A stretch of 64,000 nt of DNA. Origin: Rhizophagus irregularis. Its lineage: Eukaryota. The notes under the pieces are model-generated. The model did not search any database. It was not told the origin of the DNA and saw nothing but the letters and a program-made list of their open reading frames with translations. Of this stretch, positions 37,618-49,702 are shown in pieces. A program made the translations under genes and the position numbers. Positions within the stretch are counted from its first letter, which is position 1. Each line of letters opens with the position of its first letter. The stretch lies in assembly GCF_026210795.1 (NCBI RefSeq), contig NC_089434.1, positions 2,480,001 through 2,544,000 of the forward strand, read 5' to 3'.

Positions 37618-40201
37618 TTAAAAGGAGTCAATCTTGCTGCATACACGATCAAGATCCTCTTCATTCCAGTCGTCGACGATTCCATTGGCAGTTTCCCACT
37701 GGCGTTCCATCTTGGTCTTTGGACGCTCCTCTGGGATTTCTCGTGCCTTACCCTTATCTGTTCTTAAAGTTTCATAACCAGAGGGGGTGGGGATAATTTT
37801 GGCATCACGATTCTCCTTGTATATTCTTATTATATCTGCGAGTTCTTTACGGCTAGGTGTTTTAGGTAAGTTCCCATTATATTTGATCCAGTCCTTGAAA
37901 CGATTTACTACTTCCCTAAGGTAATACTGGTACTTGTCCTCAACACGTGTTATGGGACATTCCTCTATTTCAAACGCGAGTATATCCCAATCATATTCGT
38001 CTGATATGTCTTAAAACTTGGCCCATAATTCCTTACCTGTATTATAGAGATCATTGAAGACCTAGTTCTTTGAATTCTTGACCCATAGTTTACGATCCCA
38101 TCAGTGTCTTTCTTGCCAAGCCCAGTGTGCTTGAGTACCTTCCTTTGGTTCAGGATCCCAGTCGATTTCTGGTTCTGTGTCAGGTTCTGGAATAAATTGC
38201 TCAGGAGCCAGTTTTACTATTACAGGTTCTGTAGAAGATTTGGAATCCGTGAGGGATTCGGATTTTGCAGAAGATTCTGCAGGTGACTTGGGTTGTTGCT
38301 CAAGAACTGGGTCTGCGGTTGTAGAATCTGAGTCTGATAACAAGTCGTCTAAGACGTCATAGTCATCTGGCTTGGGGGCAGACGGTTTTTTAGGAACTAG
38401 ATCCTCAGCAGACAGCTCCTGTTCTTGGTTGGGTTTCTTGTCAGATAGATAACAGTCTGAGAAGCTATCTATAGGTTCATCAGTGTCTAACTCATTAGTA
38501 TTTTCATCAGCATCCGGTTGTTCTTCCCTTAACTCTTGTAGACGTTCTTTTAAGTGATCAGGCTTGGGTGGAAGCGGTGGAAGAGCCTTGCGAATTACAG
38601 GTACGGGTTTTTCCTTAACAGGTGCAGGTTTTTCCTTAGTGGGTTTCTCGGCAACTAGCTTTACTTTCTCTTGGTCTACTTGCGATTTACTAGCTGAATT
38701 ATATATTTTTACTAAGAATTTTTCTGAAGCTTTGAGGTCGGATGTTAGCTTCTTAGGAGTTTCTGTATCGATTTCTTCTATGTCTATCTCGTCTATTTCA
38801 TGTATCCAGTTTTTGCTGAGGAACTTCTTGTAGAGGTCCTCCCTGGATATGCTGTAGACTCGGGTTGGTTTCTTATCTTTACGAACTAATTTGCTATTTA
38901 TAGCCAACTCATTCGATAGGATTCTAGAAGCGTTTATTTTTAATAGGGGTGAAATGCAATGAGTTTCGCAATATGAAGTATATACCTTATAAAATTCTTG
39001 AACAGGTAGGTAGGTCATATAATTTTTCACTACGAGGTATGTGTCCTTTATAAATTGGAATAGCGGTGGAAGAGTCGAGATGATATGTTCGTATTTGGAT
39101 GTTATCATAGGTGGCAGATTCCCATTGAAGTCTGGGTAAGCATCCGCGATGGCTCTCAAGTAAGCATAGAATGCCTCACTGGCGCCTAGGTATTTCATAG
39201 CGTCACTGAGTTTCTTAAAGTAGTTAGGGTCTCCTTTGCAGGATGGTGATACATCCAAGAACACTGTGCGCCTATCGTCATTCTCCACTCTGAGAGCATT
39301 TTCGTTGGTAAGGACGATGATGGACATAAAGTTCTTGTAATGTGTTGGCGTCTTGTATTTTTCATGGATTTTCATTATATCACTCGTTACTTTATCTTTC
39401 AAAGAGCGATATAGAGAATTCCACTGGCTTTTTTCCATGGGCATTTCCTCGAGAAGAAGAAGAACTTTACCCTATAATTGCCCATTGAAACTTCCAAGAA
39501 TCGTCTGAGGATTGCTAGTCTTATAAACGAGTTGAGTACCTAGGACGCTGCGCTGAATGAAATCTGTTATAATACCTTTGCCCCAACCGACCTTGTCCAG
39601 ATTTTAGGTAGAGAATCGAGTACATCTTCCTTCCAGCAGATACATCAGCTAACCACTTAAATATATACTCAGTGAGATTCCAATCACCTGAACACCAGAT
39701 ATCCTGAATGTAAGAGAAGATAAATTTAACCGCGAGGTGAATTGTAGACTCAAAGGTGGATATCGGACGCAAGACGTGAAGAAATCCCGAGAAGATATTT
39801 AGATAGAGCTGGCCGGTTAAGGATCTGAAGATTCGCTGTTTATGGGGATCACAGGTTGCAATACATACATCAGTATTCTCAACCATAAACCACTTGTAGA
39901 TGTTGAACTCGGTCTTTTGAGAGGGTCCTTGTTTAGGTTGTATGTAGAATGCCTTCGTGATTAAACGGATAAGTTTACCAATATTTTTGTCAATAACGTA
40001 TTTCAAACTTTTACTATCTGGATCCCACCAGAAAACCCCATGAGGATCTGCACAGGGAATGAAATAACTGCAAAGATACCTCTTGGCTTGATCGAGATCA
40101 CTCATACTTTTTGCAGCGATAATAAGCCGTTTAAGCTCATCGATACTGAAGGCTTTCTTTTGTTCACTGAACTTTAGGATAACTTGAGCTTGAGTGGTCA
40201 T
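37618..40201 (-). pseudogene. SF3 helicase (D5/NrS-1-like) with long acidic/Pro-rich C-terminus
   Basis: Walker A SGQGWGKG (after removing a 4-nt insertion), LGSFNG, Walker B LLLLEE, motif C IVLTN and DDRR finger. Confidence 0.85.
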
Positions 40202-40400
40202 TTTTTCGTTTTGTCAAATCGGGATCTAATTTATAGTTACCTAATCTTCAATTGCCGAATATATTTTTTCCAAAGATCTGCACTCCTACCCGGTTATCCT
40301 CCTGCGATTCTACAGACCTTCTAAGGGTTATTGACCTACCTGTTAACTCGGTTTGCTATCTCACTGCCTCCAATAAGAAAATGAATGGAATGCTGAAAGA

Positions 40401-40625
40401 GTAACAGATCGTAACAAATGTAACAGATCTGGGAGGGTAAAAATAAAACTTTTTCTGAGGGGATGTCCTCTCCTATCTTTCTGAAACATCTGTTACATCT
40501 GTTACATCTGTTACTCCCTTCTGATTCTATCGTATTTTCCTCTCTTTTCCCTTATTTTATCTGTTTTTTAGTATATTTTTAGTAACAGATGTAGTAACAG
40601 ATAGTAACGGATCTTGGGTAACCCC
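40401..40625. promoter_or_regulatory. Iteron-like repeat cluster, putative replication origin
   Basis: GTAACAGAT-type 9-mers: 3 forward (40401, 40411, 40420), 3 reverse (40488, 40497, 40506), 3 forward (40582, 40594, 40604). Confidence 0.65.
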
Positions 40626-41207
40626 GCCCCACAGAGGGGGGATATAGGTACTGTGAGGCCGTGAGGCCGAGGTGAGTGGAGCCTGTGACACATACTACCA
40701 GCCCGACAACTATACCTATTGGATTCAGTTTCACATATAGTAGTAATAAACCAAATGATAACTATTGAATAATTACTTAATTTATTTAAATTAATAAATC
40801 CTTTCAATCCGAATAGCCTAAATTTTTATATAGTTATCAATCGGGTATATGCCCTATTGATTACTAATTTTTGGCTAACCTATTAGCCTAATAGTTACCA
40901 ATAGGGTATATGCCCGATTTTTTAGCTTTCGACCTGTGTTCATAAGTCATATAAATTATATGATATTATATGTTAATACTGAAAAACTCTATATAAGTTG
41001 CAATTAAAATAGGTAAAATCAAAAAACATTATTTCAATCAAAAAAAAAATATACATTATTAATAAATATAATAATTTTAATTATAAACAAAAAATTTCAT
41101 ATTGAAATGGAATTTATTGATGTTGTTAAAATTTTAAATTTGAATTATACATGCTGCCCAAATTATTTTGGAATGCCATAATTATAATTTGCACTGGTCA
41201 AAAACCA

Positions 41208-44200
41208 GGCAAACGTGGCATAGTAGCCTTTATCTTTATTAAATTTATTCGAACTTTACAATTTACAATAAAAATAAAAAGAAAATATAAAAATAAAACT
41301 AACTAAAAACAAAGCTATATAGTCTCCTAAGAAAAAATAAAGTAAAAAATTAATCTAAAAAAGAAAAATCGCATTACACTAAATTTCCCCAGATCTTCCC
41401 CCTTGATATATTCCAACCAAAGTAGAAGCAACTATGCTAACAAAATAACGAATAGCGCGCCCACTATAGAAATCGACACTCCATCCTGCAAAAGCTGTTA
41501 TTAAGAAGAGACGCGTTAGACGACCCATAAAACCCGAAAAGTGATTAAACCAAGGCAAACCATATTTCATCGAGTTCTTCAACCAATCGGTTCTGGAGTC
41601 ACGTGAATCGTGTAGGGTCGGAGGTGGTAAGGATGAGTAAGGTATGTACGTTGACAATGGCAAATTAGAAGGCTTCGGAGTAGTTTTCAACTTATAAGTA
41701 AAAACCAGGCAAACGTGGCATAGTAGCCTTTATCTTTATTAAATTTATTCGAACTTTGACAATTTACAAAAATAAAAAGAAAGATATAAAAATAAAACTA
41801 ACTAAAAACAAAGCTATATAGTCTCCTAAGAAAAAATAAAGTAAAAAATTAATCTAAAAAAAAGAAAAATCGCATTACACTAAATTTCCCCAGATCTTCC
41901 CCCTTGATATATTCCAACCAAAGTAGAAGCAACTATGCTAACAAAATAACGAATAGCGCGCCCACTATAAAAATCGACACTCCATCCTGCAAAAGCTGTT
42001 ATTAAGTAGCACCGTTAGACGACCCATAAAACCCGAAAAGTGATTAAACCAAGGCAAACCATATTTCATCGAGTTCTTCAACCAATCGGTTCCGGAGTCA
42101 CGTGAATCTTGTAGGGTCGGAGGTGGTAAAGATGAGTAAGGTATGTACATCGACAAAGGCAGATTGGATGGCTTCGGAGTAGTTTTCAACTTATAGGTAA
42201 TGTTCATCGCATTTTCCCATCTACTTTTCTCATAGAACGCGGATTCCAGATTCGTCTTCTGAATTTCTGGACAAAATTGTTATGAATAGCAGCGATAACT
42301 TTAATCGCAGAAGTTCTCGGAATGGATAAATCAACAAATAAGTCGATGAAAAGTTTGGGTAAGCAACCACGGATAAGGGCGAAGGAGGACCAATTTGTAG
42401 AAGAAAAGGACCAGCATGAAAGAGAAGTAAGTTTAGCTATAAATGGAGTAGGATCAGTATCAACCAAATTACTCGCTTCCAGAAGTTTGGAAATCAAATG
42501 ATTTTGATAAGATTGGAGAATTTGCTGCATAGGCAGACGTCGTCTTTTGCACATAAAAAGGTGCATCAGGTCTTCCATGCGGTCGATACAAGAACGGCAA
42601 GTTAATTCGTCCATGTATAAGTCTGGTCGGGTCCGTTTAAGCTTTTCCAGTGTAGGCAAATCATCCAAGAAAAGTTTGAATTTAAAGGTTAGGTGTCTTG
42701 AAGCGTGCTCAGGAGTAAAAGATGCATCATGAGAGGGCTTAAAATTTGCGTGAACCAAGTAAGCTTCCCAGTCAACAATATAATCTATATTAATTGATAA
42801 TAAAGTAATAAAGTGAAATCGCGTTAAATTTAACAAATCGCGCATTAACTGCGTTTGATAATATTGTTTTAGGAGGTGTCGTGGATTAAATTCACAAACA
42901 ACATCATTGTCATAAATTAAGACAAAATCATGGGCAGAGGCCAGGTCCATTCCAGAGATCAAAATACTGGTTGACGCGGTATGAGCAGTATTGGCCAAGG
43001 AGTCAGCAAAATCGTTTAAGTAATTGCCAGAATGAGCTTTAACTTTGACGGGAAGGACAGTCAAATTTTTTGAGAGGATGGTTCGCTCGATAATAGCCCA
43101 AAGTTCAAAATTTGTAGTTTTATAGTACAAACGACTATTTGAATAAATAGAGGAAAAACAACTTCGGAGACCATCAATGGCAGTTTGCGAGTCAGTATAA
43201 ATAGTAACTTCTGAGTCACGTGGAGAAATAGTTAAAACTGCATAAATAGCAGCAGCCTCAGCACGAGAAGAAGAGGGATTATCACGTATGAGGCCGTGAG
43301 CGATAAGTGGCGATAGAGTTAGGAAAACCTGCATCAGGGACAATTTGCATCACCGAAGACCAGCCCATAGAGACATCGGGAGTGCGCCTAAATTAATAAG
43401 AGACCCATCAGGCTGAAAAAGGTATAACGCGAATCCGAGGAAACGACCAGCGGGGAATTTGCAAAGACAGCAGCAGCCGAGGATTCAATAGTGACAGGAG
43501 TATTAGGGGCTATAGCGGTATCTGCAGAATAAGAATCGGAAACAAAATCCAATCTACTATAATAAAGACGGACACCATCTTCTATATCAGCCCAGGTAAA
43601 AGGTGAAGTCACTTCAGAGGTAGTACGTCTAATTCGTTCATTGGTAGTGGGCAAAATAAGCGAATGGCGTAGAGAGACCGTAGTTGTACATAGGGTTAAA
43701 TCAGCATTCCGTTTTTGGAAGGAGGTAGGGGAATATGGGCAGCGCAGCCAGGGCAAGGAGAAAGTCGAATAAGATCTCCAGGCGAAGATTCGCAATCAGG
43801 AGAGACCCAATGGACAATGGAACAAGTACGCGACTTGTTTGGACCAAAAGTTGTTTGCCGAAGATGGGAGAACCAAGATCGTCTAACGTGACAATCCAAT
43901 TTTTTGTAGTGGGAGGAGAGGATAGACAAGGTTCCAATTCATAAAATGAAGAAGCATTCGTATGCAGAGTAATAAACTGATCCAGCAAACGATTATTGGA
44001 GTCAGGAACAGTGGTAGCTTGTTGGATATCTTTATACCAATAAGGGATACGGCCAGGGCCACGTCGTCCAACCAAATTATCATAGTAAGCCTTCCAGGAA
44101 ATTAAATGAGTTCCTTGAGGAGTAACGAGCTGAGATAAATAAAACAGTTGTCGTTTACGCAAGATGGGAAAATAGGCTTTAAAGGCTTTAGGCGTCATGC

Positions 44201-46486
44201 ATTCAAATAAAGGAACGCATCCATCTATCAAGGACAAATTTGGAAGCTTCGATAATTGAGTGTGAAGCAACCGAAAAGGAGTAGAAGACAAGAGAGCAAT
44301 AGTGCATGCGATATAATCTTTTTTTGAAAGAAAATAGAGAAGACCATATAGACCAATCTTTAATTAAAAGGGGAGAAATAGGAATCAAAAAATTATATTG
44401 AATTAAACTCAATCTATAAATAAAAAGAGATTGAATAAAAACAGAAGAAGAGTTAGCCATTAAAAATAAATTAGTAATATGACATTGTCGTTGATGAGCG
44501 AAACAAATTAATCAAGCCCAAGGCATGAGACAAAAATAAAATGGAATTAGGTAAAGAACGAGAAAAGTTTGCTTTATGCTTTACGACAGATCGTATACTT
44601 CGTTATTAGGTGACAATCAGATTCAGATAAGTGAGTAACTTGCATCCGATATTCAAGTTTCGGTATAAGGACGGCATTATGTAAATACACAACTTGTTTG
44701 AAAGAGAGCTTTGCAGGTCGGATGGTCGCAGCAAAGGAGCAGCATTCGCGTTTGAGTTGCTTCGACAAAATCACGGGAGCTCTTAATGTTAAACCAAACA
44801 CCTAAAAAACGAAAAGAAGTTGTCATGGAAATTGGGGTAATAGTAATGGAAGGAACACTATTTAAAAAGGATAAATCCAAATTAAAAGTGATAGGGGATA
44901 AAGTGGAATTCGGAGTCAAAGGCAACGAATTAGTGATTAACACATATTTGTTATGATTGGCAGAAGTGTTATTGATCTGATAAAATTCTTCAGTAATGGA
45001 TAACATAAATTCCATGCCAGCTTTTGACGAGGAAATAAGAGTGAAGTCATCCATAAATACTAAATTATTAATCTTCAAATCAAGAGAAGGACTTGAAGAA
45101 TCAATTAAAGACGGTGTAGAAAGAACATAAGGGTCCATCATCTCATTCTTCAGAATAGTAAGTAAGGGATCAATATAAATGACCCATAAAAGAGGAGAAA
45201 TAACTTCGCCTTGGTCAATACCAATGCGAACCCTATAGGCAAAGGCGTAGATCCACGAAAGAGCTAGAAAACGCGATTAGTGCGTTTCATAAAAGTGAAA
45301 GAATAAACTTAACAGGCGGAGGCAGGAAGACGTATACGTTCTAAAGCGAAACGTAACATCGTTAAATCAACAGAATCAAAAGCTTTAGAAATATCTTGGG
45401 AAAGAATCCAAAGTGGGTTTTTGTTGATATCAGCATCATGGATAATAGATTCTAGAGTAATAATAGGGTCGCGGCAAGAACCTCCAGGAAGACCAGCGAA
45501 GTTACCACCTTTAAGAACATCATGTGAAGCCATAATGGTAGAAAGGCGATTATAAAAAAGTTTGACAAGAGATTTCCTAATCACTTCAAGTAGGGTAATA
45601 GGGCGAGTATTTTTTAATTGACACTTCCATTCGTGAGGTTTGGGGATAGGAAAAACCATTGCTTGTCGCCATAAATCAGGAATATCAGCTTTGGAAAGAC
45701 ATGCTTGAATCAAAATGAGAAGTAAAGCCGAGGTACGAGATCCGAGATGTTTGAGCATTTCATAAGTAATCATGGAAGGACCAGAGGCTTTACCGTTAGG
45801 AGTGGAAGAAACGGTGGATAACCATTTATCAAGGGTAGGGGATTCATTAAAGAATCATAGATGGAGGAGGACACATCATCCATAGGTTGATAGGCAGAAG
45901 ACCATCTATCAGGTAGTGTATCGATAGATACAGGAGGAGTGGACTTTATAGGTACAAAGTTTTGGAAATGGTTAACAACAGCATCATCTATGTCCTTAGG
46001 AGCAGTCAACAACTGAGGTTGAGAAGGATGGTCGATGAAGACACGGTCCAAAGTGATACGGCGACGGGTGCGAGAAAGCGCTGAGTCAATAAAGGAGGAA
46101 AGGTTAGTGTCAAAATTATTATTCCTATCGTCTAAGTGAGCACGGATGGAGGAGTCTTGGAAATCTTTTTCTTGAAGAAATGAAATCCCCGTAAGGATTT
46201 TGAAATATTGGATAAATCATCAAGAAGTGACTTGAAATTATCTTGTCGACATGATGAAAGAGAAAAGGGCAGAGTAGGAATGAAAGTAAAAATTTTCTTA
46301 TATAATTGAAGAATGTTCTGAAGTCGATGCAAATGTATAGACCACTTATGTTCATGAGCAGCAGAATAAGTTAAAGGATATTTGCGCAATAGACGTATCG
46401 AATGCATTAGGCGATTTAAAAACCGATAATTTTGAGTTAAAATTTCCAGATCTTTAGGAACCTTAGGAGTATAATTATTGCCAACA
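41208..46486 (-). pseudogene. LINE B ORF2 (RT, RNase H), with about 500 bp of the 3' end tandemly duplicated
   Basis: QDISKAFDSV, FMDD, YTDSQ, KVKAHSG and CRSC..HLFMC. About 41200-41700 is repeated at about 41700-42200. Confidence 0.9.
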
Positions 46487-46686
46487 NNNNNNNNNNNNNN
46501 NNNNNNNNNNNNNNNNNNNNNNNNNNNNNNNNNNNNNNNNNNNNNNNNNNNNNNNNNNNNNNNNNNNNNNNNNNNNNNNNNNNNNNNNNNNNNNNNNNNN
46601 NNNNNNNNNNNNNNNNNNNNNNNNNNNNNNNNNNNNNNNNNNNNNNNNNNNNNNNNNNNNNNNNNNNNNNNNNNNNNNNNNNNNNN
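46487..46686. other. Assembly gap (200 N)
   Basis: Run of N. Confidence 1.
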
Positions 46687-49600
46687 GCGACTATTCGCCC
46701 TGCAAAGCTCTCTTCCAAACAAGTTGCGTATTTACAATAATGCCGTCATCTATACCGAAACTTGAATACCGGATGCGGAAGTTACTCATTTATCTGAATC
46801 TGATTGTCACCTAATAACGAGAAGTATACGATCTGTTGTAAAGCATAAAGCAAACTTTTCTCGTTCTTTACCTAATTCCATTTTATTTTTGTCTCATGCC
46901 GTGGGCTTGATTAATTTGTTTGCTCATCAACGACAATGTCATATTACTAATTTATTTTTAATGGCTAATTCTTCTTCTGTTTTTATTCAATCTCTTTTTA
47001 TTTATAGATTGAGTTTAATTCAATATAATTTTTTGATTCCTATTTCTCCCCTTTTAATTAAAGATTGGTCAAATAGGTCTTCTCTATTTTCTTTCAAGAA
47101 AGATTATATCGCATGCACTATTGCTCTCTTGTCTTCTACTCCTTTTCGGTTGCTTCGCACTCAATTATCAAAGCTTCCAAATTTGTCCTTGATAGATGGA
47201 CGCGTTCCTTTATTTGAATGCATGACGCCTAAAGCCTTTAAAGCCTATTTTCCCATCCTGCGTAAACGACAACTGTTTTATTTATCTCAGCTTGTTACTC
47301 CCCAAGGAACTCATTTAATTTCCTGGAAGGCTTACTATGACAATTTGGTTGGACGACGTGGCCCTGGCCGTATCCCTTATTGGTACAAAGATATTCAACA
47401 TGCTACCACTATTCCTGACTCCAATAATCGTTTGATGGATCAGTTTAATTTTACGCCTACGATTGACTCTTCCTTTTATGATTTGACTCCTTGTTTATCT
47501 TCTCCTCCTACTACAAAAAATTGGATTGTCACGTTGGACGATTATGGTTCTCCCATTTTTGGCAAACAACTTTTAGTCCAAGCAAGTCGTGTACTTGTTC
47601 TATTGTTCGCTGGATTTCTCCTGATTGTGAATCTTCGCCTGGTGATCTTATTAGACTTTCTCCTCCTGGTTGCGCTGCTCATACTTTCCTTTGCCTCCTT
47701 CCAAAAAACGGAATGCTGATTTAACCCTTTGTACGCCTACGGTCTCTTTACAACATTCGCTTATTTTGCCCACTACCAATGAACGAATTAGACGTACTAC
47801 CTCTGAAGTGACTTCACCTTTTACCTGGGCTGATATAGAAGATGGTGTCCGTCTTTATTATAGTAGATTGGATTTAGATTCCGATTCTTCTTCTGCAGAT
47901 ACCGCTATGCCCCCATATCTCCCTGTCACTATTGAATCCTCGGCTGCTGCTGTCTTTGCAAATTCCCCGCTAGTCGTTTCCTCGGATTCGCGCTATATCT
48001 TTTTCATCGACGGGTCTCTTATTAATTTAAAAGACTCCCGACGTCTCTATGGGCTGGTCTTGGATGCAAATAGTCCCCGATGCAGGTTTTCCTAACTCTA
48101 TCGCCACTTACGCTCACGGCCTCATACGAGATAATCCTCTTCTTCTCGAGCTGAGGCTGCTGCTATTTATGCAGTTTTAACTATTTCTCCACGCGACTCT
48201 GAAGTTACTATTTATACTGACTCGCAAACTGCCATTGATGGTCTTCAAAGTTGTTTTTCCTCTGTCTACTCAAATAGTCGTTTGTACTATAAAACTACAA
48301 ATTTTGAACTTTGGGCTATTATCGAGCGAACCATCCTCTCAAAAAATTTGACTGTCCTTCCCCGTCAAAGTTAAAGCTCATTCTGGCAATTACTTAAACG
48401 ATTTTGCTGACTCCTGGCCAAATGCTCATACCGCGTCATCCAGTATTTTGATCTCTGGAATGGACCTGGCCTCTGCCCACTGATTTTGTCTTAATTTATG
48501 ACAATGATAACGTTGTGTGAATCTAATCCGCGACACCTTCTAAAACAATATTATCAAACGCAGTTAATGCGCGATTTGTTAAACTTAACGCGATTTCATT
48601 TTATTTCTTTATTATCAACTAATATAGATTATATTGTTGACTGGGAACTTACTTGGTTCACTTTAAATTTTAAGCCCTCTCATGATGCATCCTTTACTCC
48701 GAAAGACGCTTCGCACACCTAACCTTTAAATTCAAACTTTTCTTGGATGATTTGCCTACACTGGAAAAGCTTAAACGGACCCGACCAGACTTATACATGG
48801 ACGAATTAACTTGCCGTTCTTGTATCGACCGCATGGAAGACCTGATGCACCTTTTTATGTGCAAAAGACGACGTCTACCTATGCAGCAAATTCTCCAATC
48901 TTATCAAAATCATTTGATTTCCAAACTTCTGGAAGCGAGTAATTTGGTTGATACTGATCCTACTCCATTTATAGCTAAACTTACTTCTCTTTCATGCTGG
49001 TCCTTTTCTTCTACAAATTGGTCCTCCTTCGCCCTTATCCGCGTTGCTTACCCAAACTCTTCATCGACTTATTTGTTGATTTATCCATTCCAAGAACTTC
49101 TGCGATTAAAGTTATCGCTGCTATTCATAACAATTTTGTCCAGAAATTCAGAAGACGAATCTGGAATCCCCGTTCTTATGAGAAATGTAAATGTGAAAAC
49201 GCGATGAACATTACCTATAAGTTGAAAACTACTCCGAAGCCATCCAATCTGCCATTGTCGACGTACATACCTTACTCATCTTTACCACCTCCGACCCTAC
49301 ACGATTCACGTGACTCGGAACCGATTGGTTGAAGAAGCTCGATGAAATATGGTTTGCCTTGGTTTAATCACTTTTCGGGTTTTATGGGTCGTCTAACGGT
49401 GCTACTTAATAACAACTTTTGCAGGATGGAGTGTCGATTTTTATAGTGGGCGCGCTATTCGTTATTTTGTTAGCATAGTTGCTTCTACTTTGGTTGGAAT
49501 ATATCAAGGGGGAAGATCTGGGGAAATTTAGTGTAATGCGATTTTTCTTTTTTTAGATTAAATTTTTACTTTATTTTTTCTTAGGAGACTATATAGCTTT

Positions 49601-49702
49601 GTTTTTAGTTAGTTTTATTTTTATATCTTTCTTTTTATTTTTGTAAATTGTCAAAGTTCGAATAAATTTAATAAAGATAAAGGCTACTATGCCACGTTTG
49701 CC
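46687..49702 (+). pseudogene. LINE B, second copy (3' 3 kb), inverted
   Basis: Closely similar to, but not identical with, the reverse complement of about 41708-44728. Confidence 0.9.

Larger units (their letters stand above)
6119..40938 (-). mobile_element. Interrupted polB + SF3-helicase replicon-like element (about 6.7 kb native; left end undefined)
   Basis: Five co-oriented intronless genes rejoin once the 8319-36164 and 7309-7560 inserts are removed. Iteron cluster and a CACAGG-type right terminus. Confidence 0.65.

Noticed and set aside
37618..40201. Helitron
   Set aside because: The helicase is SF3, not PIF1, and no HUH Rep motifs are seen.
40401..40612. Repeats as CRISPR or telomeric array
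   Set aside because: 9-mers in mixed orientation, no spacers, not a continuous tandem tract.
46132..46765. ORFs spanning the N run
   Set aside because: Gap artefacts.
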